A DNA stretch of 12,490 nucleotides from Pseudomonadota bacterium (GTDB lineage: Bacteria > Bdellovibrionota_B > Oligoflexia > Oligoflexales > CAIYRB01). The notes under the pieces were generated by a model. It saw nothing but the letters and a program-made list of their open reading frames with translations. It made no database searches and had not been told where the DNA came from. Positions 1 to 6,613 of this stretch are shown here, one piece after another. The stretch's first letter is position 1, and each line of letters opens with the position of its first letter. The stretch is taken from NCBI GenBank assembly GCA_031416315.1, contig JANOTL010000071.1:1-12490 (forward strand), read 5' to 3'. The position numbers and the translations under genes are program-made.

Positions 1-46
1 GTCGGCGCGGCTGCCGGCGTCGGCGCGGCTGCCGGTGTCGGCGCGG
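1..46. repeat. 18-bp tandem repeat (about 2.5 copies visible) encoding PTPAAA units in the IF-3 tail
   Basis: gtcggcgcggctgccggc (1-18), gtcggcgcggctgccggt (19-36), gtcggcgcgg (37-46). A 24-bp direct repeat at 48-71 and 177-200 also encodes AAAAPRPA twice. Confidence 0.85.
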
Positions 47-782
47 ACGCGGGACGCGGCGCGGCGGCGGCAGGTGCCGAAGAGCTCGGGCCGTTGCTGC
101 CGGCCGGTGCTGAAGCGCTGCTCGGAGCAGCGCCGGCATTCGGAGCAGGGGCGTTGCTCGGAGCGACGCCTGCCGTCGCGGGACGCGGCGCGGCGGCGGC
201 GGCGGCGGGAGCGCCCGGAGCCGCGCCGGCCGTCGCCGGTTTCGGCGCCGAGGCCGGGCGCGGAGCCGCGGGCTTCGCCGCTGGGGCCGGCTTCGTCGCG
301 TCCAATTTGTTCAGCGGCTCGAGGATCGCGATCGTGATCGGCCCCGGGACGCTGTTCACCTTGCACTCGACTTCCGAGGCGACGCGGGCGATCAGGGCTT
401 TTGCCCGCTCGGGCGACTCGCGCTCGCGGCCTTTGAGGCGCACGGTGAGCTTCACCTTGTCGCCGCGCTCGAGGAAGCGCTTCGCGGCGCTGATCTTCGT
501 GCCCAGGTCGTGGGAGGAGATGTTCACCTTGAGCTGGATCTCTTTGAGCTCCGACGTCGCGGCGTGCTTTTTGACGGCCTTCTTCCGCTCGTACTCGAGC
601 TTCTTGAAGTCCTGGATCCGCACGACCGGTGGATCCGATTGATCGCTGACGATCACCAGATCGAGACCCGCTTCGTCAGCGGCTCGGAGTGCGACATCAG
701 TCGACACGACTTCGTTGGTGCCTTCGCCGACGAGGCGAACGCGGGGAACGGAGCGCGCCATGGCGCGAGTCAGGATATCCAA
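1..782 (-). CDS. infC: Translation initiation factor IF-3 (divergent) with a long Pro/Ala-rich C-terminal extension; 3' end lies beyond the left window edge
   Basis: Manual translation: (M)DILTRAMARSVPRVRLVGEGTNEVVSTDVALRAADEAGLDLVIVSDQSDPPVVRIQDFKKLEYERKKAVKKHAATSELKEIQLKVNISSHDLGTKISAAKRFLERGDKVKLTVRLKGRERESPERAKALIARVASEVECKVNSVPGPITIAILEP, then a P/A-rich tail. IF-3 motifs present: VRL, A..AGLDLV, PPV.RI.DF.K..YE, KEI, RFL..GDKVK.T.R..GRE. Start taken as TTG (780-782), 10 nt after SD TAAGGAG; an alternative in-frame ATG is at 761. No stop before base 1. Confidence 0.93.
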   Translation of the reverse strand, partial: MDILTRAMARSVPRVRLVGEGTNEVVSTDVALRAADEAGLDLVIVSDQSDPPVVRIQDFKKLEYERKKAVKKHAATSELKEIQLKVNISSHDLGTKISAAKRFLERGDKVKLTVRLKGRERESPERAKALIARVASEVECKVNSVPGPITIAILEPLNKLDATKPAPAAKPAAPRPASAPKPATAGAAPGAPAAAAAAPRPATAGVAPSNAPAPNAGAAPSSASAPAGSNGPSSSAPAAAAPRPASAPTPAAAPTPAAAP

Positions 783-792
783 ATGAACCAGT

Positions 793-799
793 CTCCTTA
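793..799 (-). promoter_or_regulatory. Shine-Dalgarno sequence of infC
   Basis: TAAGGAG on the minus strand, 10 nt upstream of the in-frame TTG. An in-frame TAA a few codons further upstream limits the start options. Confidence 0.7.
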
Positions 800-877
800 G
801 TAATGCCCGTCCTTATTAACCTAAAAAACTCGACAAATATAGCCAGAAGCCGCGGGGCGTCGCGGGACGCACCATAC

Positions 878-1030
878 TAACTAGTCTCTGGCGCGAAACG
901 CGCCAGAGACTATCCTGAGGAGCAAAGCGACGAAGGATCTCGGCGATAACCAACTGATTCGATCGACGCGGTGAGATCCTTCGCTGCGCTCAGGATAGTC
1001 TCTGGCGCGTTTCGCGCCAGAGACTAGTTA
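878..1030. repeat. Nested palindromic REP/REPIN- or MITE-like element with perfect 42-bp terminal inverted repeats
   Basis: 878-919 (taactagtctctggcgcgaaacgcgccagagactatcctgag) is the exact reverse complement of 989-1030. Each arm holds its own perfect 14-bp stem with a 3-nt loop (882-912 and 996-1026). An inner 11-bp inverted repeat lies at 931-941 / 973-983. Confidence 0.92.
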
Positions 1031-1599
1031 CGTAAGAAATCGGCGATCACGAAGGGTGCCATCAGGACGATCAAGGGCCCTTCGAAGCCCTCGATGCCGG
1101 CGAAGTCGAAGTAGAAGCGCTCGTGATGCAGGAGCCGCGGCCGAGGGCCGTCGAGGGTGAAGAGCAGCTCGTGCTGAGCGTAATGATCGTTCGCCACGGG
1201 ACCGGCCACGAAGGTCGCGTAAGCACGTCGTGCGCCCGTGGTCATGGTGAACGTCGCGATCATGCGCTGCGGCAAGGTTTGGCTCGATTCGAGGTAGGGC
1301 GGCTCTCCGCGATCGAAGAGGGGCGAAGCGCGCAGCTCCTTTTCGATCGCCGCCTGCAAGATCGGATCGACCGCGGGCAGAGCCTCCGGCAAGCCGAGTT
1401 CGCCGAGGCCGCGTAAAACGACCGGCGCGAAGCGCTCGCGGGTGAGCGATTCAACGGAAAGCACGCGCCCCAGGTCATCGGGCAGGGACGGAGGGACGAC
1501 TGCGTAGCCCCAGTACCACTTCGATAGGGCGAAACTAGTGCCGCAAGTGACGGTTAGAAAGGCAGACAGGGAGAGGATGAGGAGCGTCGAGAAGCGCAT
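1024..1599 (-). CDS. Hypothetical membrane or exported protein (191 aa)
   Basis: ATG preceded by AGGAGG (1608-1613) at 8 nt spacing. Hydrophobic N-terminal signal or TM segment (MRFSTLLILSLSAFLTV) and a short hydrophobic C-terminal segment. It fills the gap between neighbouring features. No family recognised. Confidence 0.75.
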   Translation of the reverse strand: MRFSTLLILSLSAFLTVTCGTSFALSKWYWGYAVVPPSLPDDLGRVLSVESLTRERFAPVVLRGLGELGLPEALPAVDPILQAAIEKELRASPLFDRGEPPYLESSQTLPQRMIATFTMTTGARRAYATFVAGPVANDHYAQHELLFTLDGPRPRLLHHERFYFDFAGIEGFEGPLIVLMAPFVIADFLRN

Positions 1600-1647
1600 G
1601 AGGAGAACCTCCTGCGTCGATCATGGCGCGACTTCGTGACGGGACGA

Positions 1648-1685
1648 TGACCAAACCCCTCCCTCTGCGAGGGTTTCTTTGGTCA
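1648..1685 (-). terminator. Imperfect hairpin at the 3' end of the HlyC/CorC gene, possible terminator or processing stem
   Basis: tgaccaaa (1648-1655) pairs with tttggtca (1678-1685), with an alternative inner aaacccctc/gagggttt stem. It overlaps the stop codon and has only a short U tract. Confidence 0.4.
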
Positions 1686-3107
1686 AACTCGGCGCGGCGG
1701 CAACGTCGCCGCGGCCGAAGACAAGGGCTGGTCCGCCTCCGACTTCGTAGCCTCTGCCTTCGCTGCCTCCGCCTTAGCACTTTCTGCCTTAGCCGCCCCC
1801 GGCACTTTCCGCGGCATCTTCGTCACCAGCACCTTGTCGACGCGGCGTCGATCCATGTCCATGACCTCGAAGCGGTAGCCGCGGAAACGGAACGAGTCGG
1901 CCGCCGCCGGGATGCGTCCGAGGCGCGTGATCACGAGCCCGCCGACGGTCGTGTAGTCGCCCGCGTGCTTCTTCGGCAAGGACCTGATCCGCAGGGTCTC
2001 CATCAGCTCGGTGATCGGCGTCTTCCCGTCCACGAGCCAGGAGCCGTCCTCACGCTGCACGATCGAAGGATCCTCGTGCTCGTCGCCGCTCGACGGCAGG
2101 TCGCCGACGACCGCCTTCAAGACGTCGGTGACCGTGATCACGCCCTCGATCCCGCCGTGCTCGTCGACGACGAAGCCCATGTGCGTCTTGCTGGTCTTGA
2201 ACTTCTCGAGGACCTTGAGGACGGGCACCGTCTCCGGCACGAAGAGCGGGGGCGACAGGACGCCGCGCAGGTCGAAGCCGCGGCCCTCGCGCTCGGTCGC
2301 CATGAGCTTCTTGATCGAGACGACGCCGATGATGTTCGTCGCGTCGCCCTCGATGACGGGAAAATAGGTGTGACCGCTCTCGACCACCTTCAGCCACGAG
2401 GCGGCCGCATCGTCCTCGATGTCGAGCACGACCATCTCGTGGCGCGGCGTCATCAGATCGTAGGCGGTGAGGTCCCCGAGGCTCAGGATCCCCTTCATCA
2501 TGTCTTGCTCGGACTCTTTCACGACGCCGGCTTCGGTGGCGTTGTCGATCATCACCTTCAATTCTTCTTCCGTGATGCTCGAGGGCGGCGCGCCGGAGGC
2601 GCGGAAGAGCTTCAGCAGGAGCTTCGAGGACCACGCCAAGAGGAGCACGGCGGGGTAGGTGAGCTTGGTCAGGATCTGCATGGGCCGCGCCATCGCGCAG
2701 GCGATCGACTCGGGGTGGCGCAGCCCGATCTGCTTCGGCACGAGCTCGCCGACGACGAGCGCGGCGAACGTGATCAGCAACACGACGATGGTGACGGAGA
2801 CCGGCTCCGCGTACTTCGCGATGAGCGGCAAGTCTTGCAACACGACGGCCAAAGACTTGGCGATCGTGGCGCCCCCGTACGCGCCGGCGACGACGCCGAC
2901 GAGGGAGATGCCGATCTGCACGGTCGAAAGGAAATGGGAGGGGTCGTTGGTGATCTTGAGCGCGGTCCTCGCGCCCGTGCGGTTCTCGTCCGCGAGCTGC
3001 TGGAGCCGGGTCTTGCGCGAGGAAACGACCGCGATCTCGGTCATCGCGAGCAGGCCGTTGACGGCGAGCAAGACGAAGACGACGACGATTTCGAAGCTGG
3101 GGCCCAT
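1683..3107 (-). CDS. HlyC/CorC (CNNM family) membrane protein: DUF21 TM domain, CBS pair and CorC_HlyC domain; probable Mg2+/divalent cation transporter (474 aa)
   Basis: Motifs NGLLAMTEIAVVSSRK, FLSTVQIGI, GELVPKQIG, LMTPR, VVDEHGG..G..T, REDGSWLVDG, YTTVGG, LGRIP, DMDRRRVDKVLV. Start reassigned to ATG 3107 (MGPSFEIVVV) because the ORF-track extension only translates the intergenic repeat. Confidence 0.93.
   Translation of the reverse strand: MGPSFEIVVVFVLLAVNGLLAMTEIAVVSSRKTRLQQLADENRTGARTALKITNDPSHFLSTVQIGISLVGVVAGAYGGATIAKSLAVVLQDLPLIAKYAEPVSVTIVVLLITFAALVVGELVPKQIGLRHPESIACAMARPMQILTKLTYPAVLLLAWSSKLLLKLFRASGAPPSSITEEELKVMIDNATEAGVVKESEQDMMKGILSLGDLTAYDLMTPRHEMVVLDIEDDAAASWLKVVESGHTYFPVIEGDATNIIGVVSIKKLMATEREGRGFDLRGVLSPPLFVPETVPVLKVLEKFKTSKTHMGFVVDEHGGIEGVITVTDVLKAVVGDLPSSGDEHEDPSIVQREDGSWLVDGKTPITELMETLRIRSLPKKHAGDYTTVGGLVITRLGRIPAAADSFRFRGYRFEVMDMDRRRVDKVLVTKMPRKVPGAAKAESAKAEAAKAEATKSEADQPLSSAAATLPPRRV
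1734..1793 (-). repeat. Four degenerate 15-bp coding repeats (AKAES-AKAEA-AKAEA-TKSEA) in the HlyC/CorC C-terminal tail
   Basis: GCTAAGGCAGAAAGT GCTAAGGCGGAGGCA GCGAAGGCAGAGGCT ACGAAGTCGGAGGCG on the minus strand. Confidence 0.75.
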
Positions 3108-3115
3108 GTGTTCCG

Positions 3116-3124
3116 AGAATAGCA
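3116..3124 (-). promoter_or_regulatory. Candidate extended -10 promoter (TGcTATTCT) of the HlyC/CorC gene
   Basis: TGnTATTCT sits 8 nt upstream of ATG 3107, with no convincing SD between them. Confidence 0.5.
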
Positions 3125-3167
3125 AAGTCCCCGTTCTTTCTGTAGGAAAATGCGCCTCGAGAGATGT

Positions 3168-3299
3168 CCCTTTGCGCCCTTTGCGCCCTTTGCGCCCTTT
3201 GCGCCCTTTGCGCCTTCGCGCCTTCGCGTTCCACTCCCCCTTCTTGAAGAAGAATGAGCAGTGACGCGAAGGACGCGAAGGCGCAAAGGGCGCGGAGGG
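3168..3299. repeat. Intergenic tandem-and-inverted short repeat element
   Basis: Left arm: 5 x CCCTTTGCG (3168-3212) plus 2 x CCTTCGCG (3213-3228). A 36-bp spacer follows. Right arm, reverse complement: CGCGAAGG (3265-3272 and 3274-3281), CGCAAAGGG (3282-3290), degenerate CGCGGAGGG (3291-3299). Confidence 0.9.
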
Positions 3300-3308
3300 A
3301 GTCATGGT

Positions 3309-3350
3309 TTGCGGCGCCAGGCAGAAGGCGCTACCATCGCCACCAAGGAG
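3309..3350 (+). promoter_or_regulatory. Candidate sigma70 promoter and SD of the TPR gene
   Basis: TTGCGG (3309-3314), 17 bp, TACCAT (3332-3337). AAGGAG (3345-3350) lies 6 nt before ATG 3357. Confidence 0.55.
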
Positions 3351-3356
3351 CCCACC

Positions 3357-5108
3357 ATGCCGTTTTTCCTACCCCTTTTTGCGACCATGATCGCAACCGC
3401 TCACGCCGCGGTCGACGCCGCCAAATTCCGTGACGACCTCGTCGCCGGCGACCGCCTCGTGCGCCGCTCGCAACAAGTCACGCTAGCCGGTCCGAAGAGC
3501 GCCGCGAAAGCCGCCGTGCCGTCCGCGAAGGACGAGGTCGTCTACGACTTCTTCCGCGACGGCGGCGACCGCCTCACTCGCGTCGCCTGCGAGGCGAAGG
3601 AAGGCGGAGCGCTCGACTGCGACTTCAGCGACTACTCGCTGCACGCTTTGACCGACGCCAACGTCGAGAGCCTGTCGCTCCTCGGCGGCGAGACCCTCAA
3701 GGGTTTCTTCGCGCTAAAGAAGGCTACCGACGCGACGCTGGCGACCGATTTCGAGGTCTTCTGCCACGTCTTCGCCCTGCCACGACTGCTCCCGCTTCCC
3801 GACGGCGCGCCCTTCGCCAATCAGGGCTTCGACGCCAATTTCAAGAAAGCGCTCGAAGGCCGCTGCAAAACCCCGGATTTGAAAGCGGCGAAAGCCTTCC
3901 TCGCCGAGGCCGGTCCGCTCGTCCAGCGCACTTGTCAGCTCGAGAGCGAGGGCGGCCGCCGCCAGATCCTGCGCGCCGACGGCGACCGCAAATGGCGCGG
4001 GGCGCCTGGCGAATGCGACGCCGTCCGCTACGAGCTCGTCTACGACGCCGCGAAAAAGAGCGGCTCCCTCACCCGCACGCCCGTGCCGATCTCCGGCGGC
4101 GACAAGTGCGAGGACGTCTTCGGGGATCCGCTCGCCGGTGACGAGGCGGCGGAGGCCGGCGGCGACAAGGCGAGGAGCGCCGCGACGCTGGTGACCGGCA
4201 CGTTCGACCTGGGCGCTTGCGACACCGTGCGGTGGAGCGAGTCCTTCCCGTTCCTGACGATCAACTTGGTCGAGGCGACGAAGAAACCGGCGGAGCCCGA
4301 CCCACGCTACGAGCAAGGCGTCCTGGCGCTCTTCGAGGGCGAGACGGCGGAGGCTTCGAAGCAGCTCTCGACCCTGACCGACGCCGACCCGAAGAACGGC
4401 ATGGCGCGCTTGGCTCTCGGCGTCGCGCTCGAGCGCGAGCAAAAGCTCGACCTCGCCGCGAAGGAGTTCGAGGCGGCCTCCGGCCTCCTGAAGGGCAAGA
4501 AGATCGGCCATTCCGCCGACGGCCGCGTCGTCGCCTTCGTCCATTACGGCGCCATGCGCTTCGAGAGCGGCAAGGCCTCTGAGGCGCTGCCGCAGTTCGA
4601 CAAGGCCATCGCGATCGAGCCGACGAGCTTCAACGCGCACTTTTGGAAGGCGGCCGCCTTGGCGGAGCTGAAGCGCGATAAGGAAGCGGCGCAAAGCTTT
4701 ACCCGCGCGCTCGCCTTGCGCCAATCCTTCGAGCGCGTCACCGAGTTCGTCTTCGGCGAGTTCGGCGACACCGAGAGCATGCTCGCCGACTTCGTCACGC
4801 CGGCTCCCGATGTGATGCTGAACGCCGCCGCCTGGCGTCTCGCCACGTCGAAGGACGAGGGCGTGCGCGATCCGACCAAGGCGATCGACCTGGCGAAACA
4901 GGCGCTCGACATGGCCGATCAAAGGAGCGGCCGCTACCTCGACACGCTCGCTTCTGCCTACGCAGCCGCCGGCAAGTTCCCCGAGGCGGTCGACTACGAG
5001 ACGCGCGCGATCGAGGAGCTGGGTGCCGAGGGCGCCGAGGCCGAGGAGAAGAAAGCCATGGAAGGCCGGCTGGCGCTTTACAAGGCGGGCAAGAGTTACC
5101 AGGAGTAG
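3357..5108 (+). CDS. Secreted tetratricopeptide-repeat protein with an uncharacterised Cys-containing N-terminal region (583 aa)
   Basis: SD AAGGAG. Signal peptide MPFFLPLFATMIATAHA ending in an AxA site. C-terminal TPR-like units such as ARLALGVAL...AAKEFEAA, ALPQFDKAIAIEP, AAQSFTRALAL, LNAAAWRLAT...RDP..AIDLAKQAL and YLDTLASAYAAAGKFPEAV. Confidence 0.88.
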   Translation: MPFFLPLFATMIATAHAAVDAAKFRDDLVAGDRLVRRSQQVTLAGPKSAAKAAVPSAKDEVVYDFFRDGGDRLTRVACEAKEGGALDCDFSDYSLHALTDANVESLSLLGGETLKGFFALKKATDATLATDFEVFCHVFALPRLLPLPDGAPFANQGFDANFKKALEGRCKTPDLKAAKAFLAEAGPLVQRTCQLESEGGRRQILRADGDRKWRGAPGECDAVRYELVYDAAKKSGSLTRTPVPISGGDKCEDVFGDPLAGDEAAEAGGDKARSAATLVTGTFDLGACDTVRWSESFPFLTINLVEATKKPAEPDPRYEQGVLALFEGETAEASKQLSTLTDADPKNGMARLALGVALEREQKLDLAAKEFEAASGLLKGKKIGHSADGRVVAFVHYGAMRFESGKASEALPQFDKAIAIEPTSFNAHFWKAAALAELKRDKEAAQSFTRALALRQSFERVTEFVFGEFGDTESMLADFVTPAPDVMLNAAAWRLATSKDEGVRDPTKAIDLAKQALDMADQRSGRYLDTLASAYAAAGKFPEAVDYETRAIEELGAEGAEAEEKKAMEGRLALYKAGKSYQE

Positions 5109-5125
5109 CATCCCGCGCCCGCGGT

Positions 5126-6613
5126 TTACTTCGCGCCGCGTCCAAGCCGCGCGCGCACGAAGTCACGCGCCACGACCAGATCATTGCGGGTGATCAGCCC
5201 GGTCAAAAACCCGTAGGCGACGGCGATCGGCACATACGCGCCGATGCGCGGGATCACCGTCAAGGTCATGATCTCGTCGTAACCCCAGAGAATGGCGGCA
5301 AACGCGACGACGTTGGCGATCACGAGGCGCAGCATGCGCCCGTCCATCAAATTCAGGTCCTTTCGCGTGACGAACATCAAGGCGACCACGGCCGCGGCCT
5401 GCGTGATCAAGCTCGCGAACGAGGTGCCGACGCCGGCGCCGCCGACGCCCCAGCGCGCTGTACCCCATGGGATCATCCAGACGTTGAGGAGCGCGTTGCC
5501 GCCGACGCAGGCGGCCTGCACCGCGGCCTGGGCCTTCCCCGTCGTGCACACGGTGAGGTGCACGGCGATCAGGACCGCGACGTAGGTGATCGGCACGAGC
5601 GGCGCGAGATAGGCGACGACGCGCGCCGCCGGCTCGAAATCCGCGCCATAGAGGATGTGGGTGCCGATGTCGGCGAACACCATCAAGGTCGTGGCCAGGA
5701 AGAAGGAGATCATCATCACCGCGCGGATCGCGTCGCGCACGAGCGGCAGATACTTGTCGCGCGCCTTCGCGTACGTCTCCGCCATGAGCGGCATGAGTGA
5801 GTTCGCGAGCACCGGCAAGAGCAGCAGGAAGACGCCCTTCAAGCGCGTCGCGGCGCCGTAGTAGCCGACCTCGGCGTTCCCCGCCATCGTCTTCAGCATC
5901 GCCGCGTCGATGTTCGCGTAGAGCTCCTGGAAGAGCGTCACGGCGAGAAATGGAAAGCTCGTCAGGAGCACGTGCTTCAAGAGCGCGAGGTCGATCTTGA
6001 AGATGATCATCTTGCGCTTCACCAGCTGCCGGAAGAGCCAGAGCGCGCCCGCCCCCTCCGCGATGAAGGCGATCCACACGATGAATCCGAGGCGCGGGGC
6101 GATCCAAAGTACCAAAAGCATCGACACGGTGAAGAAGACCTTCACCGCCAGCTCGACGTTCGCCGCGATCTTGTAGTCGTGCAGCGACAGGAAGACCTGC
6201 TTCATGATCATACGATGCAGGATGGAGAACGCGGCCGAGCCACCCATCACCATCACGAGGTACGTCGTGTAGCCGTCGTAGCCGAAAAGGCGCAGGCTCC
6301 CGAACAGGACGAGCGCGATCACGCCGGCTAGCGCCAAGAGGAAGACGATCAGCGTCCACATCACCTCGCCGGTATGCTCGGGGCGCGCGGGGAGGGTCTT
6401 CCGGATGTAGGCGTCGATGCCGCAACCTAGGAACGCGAAATAGAGAACCGGGAACGCCTCGGCGAAATAGAAGAGTCCGAGGCTATCGACGCCGAGCGTG
6501 CGCGGCATCACCACGCGCACCGCCAGGCCCAGCACCATCGTGATGATCTGGACCTGCGCCAGCTTCGACGCGCTTTTCAGCGCGACGCGCTTCAGATCGG
6601 TGTGCTCGCCCAT
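5126..6613 (-). CDS. Oligosaccharide/polysaccharide flippase, Wzx-like (MOP superfamily; 495 aa)
   Basis: Numerous hydrophobic TM segments. Motifs PRTLG...LG.F..A, SFPF...LYANIDAAML...GNAEVGYYGAATRL, ILYGADFEPA, N.LLN.WMIP...G..GA. Start reassigned to ATG 6613, which overlaps the upstream TGA (TGATG). Confidence 0.9.
   Translation of the reverse strand: MGEHTDLKRVALKSASKLAQVQIITMVLGLAVRVVMPRTLGVDSLGLFYFAEAFPVLYFAFLGCGIDAYIRKTLPARPEHTGEVMWTLIVFLLALAGVIALVLFGSLRLFGYDGYTTYLVMVMGGSAAFSILHRMIMKQVFLSLHDYKIAANVELAVKVFFTVSMLLVLWIAPRLGFIVWIAFIAEGAGALWLFRQLVKRKMIIFKIDLALLKHVLLTSFPFLAVTLFQELYANIDAAMLKTMAGNAEVGYYGAATRLKGVFLLLLPVLANSLMPLMAETYAKARDKYLPLVRDAIRAVMMISFFLATTLMVFADIGTHILYGADFEPAARVVAYLAPLVPITYVAVLIAVHLTVCTTGKAQAAVQAACVGGNALLNVWMIPWGTARWGVGGAGVGTSFASLITQAAAVVALMFVTRKDLNLMDGRMLRLVIANVVAFAAILWGYDEIMTLTVIPRIGAYVPIAVAYGFLTGLITRNDLVVARDFVRARLGRGAK

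Noticed and set aside
754..767. 14-bp perfect palindrome cgcgccatggcgcg over the in-frame ATG of infC
   Set aside because: It is short, GC-rich and inside the coding region, so it is plausible by chance. There is no further support for an operator role.
35..880. Plus-strand ORFs 35-337, 94-642, 510-800 and 689-880
   Set aside because: They are antisense shadows of the minus-strand infC, with no recognisable motifs.
878..1030. Possible CRISPR mini-array, tRNA or known structured ncRNA
   Set aside because: There are only two repeat units, and the full 42-bp arms are inverted rather than direct. No cas genes, cloverleaf or T-loop motif are present.
1683..3107. 'Hemolysin' virulence interpretation of the HlyC/CorC gene
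   Set aside because: That is a legacy annotation name. The DUF21-CBS-CorC architecture is the widespread CNNM/CorB Mg2+ transport family.
1623..3264. Long alternative ORFs (1623-3122 +, 2050-3234 -, 2659-3264 +) over the CNNM/CorC gene
   Set aside because: They are typical stop-poor alternative frames of GC-rich coding DNA, with Arg/His-rich composition and no motifs. The same applies to 3714-5111, 5181-6425, 8353-9060, 10141-10914 and 11039-12442.
3108..3356. N-terminal extensions such as RKGRKGRKG, AKGAKGAKG or RPLRPLRPL suggesting a basic repeat peptide
   Set aside because: They are translations of the intergenic 9-bp tandem repeat. Better starts exist at 3107 and 3357.
5109..5125. Possible terminators at the convergent junctions 5109-5125 and 9277-9303
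   Set aside because: There is only a 4-bp GC stem at the first and a short direct repeat (agctgatc x2) at the second, with no convincing stem plus U tract.
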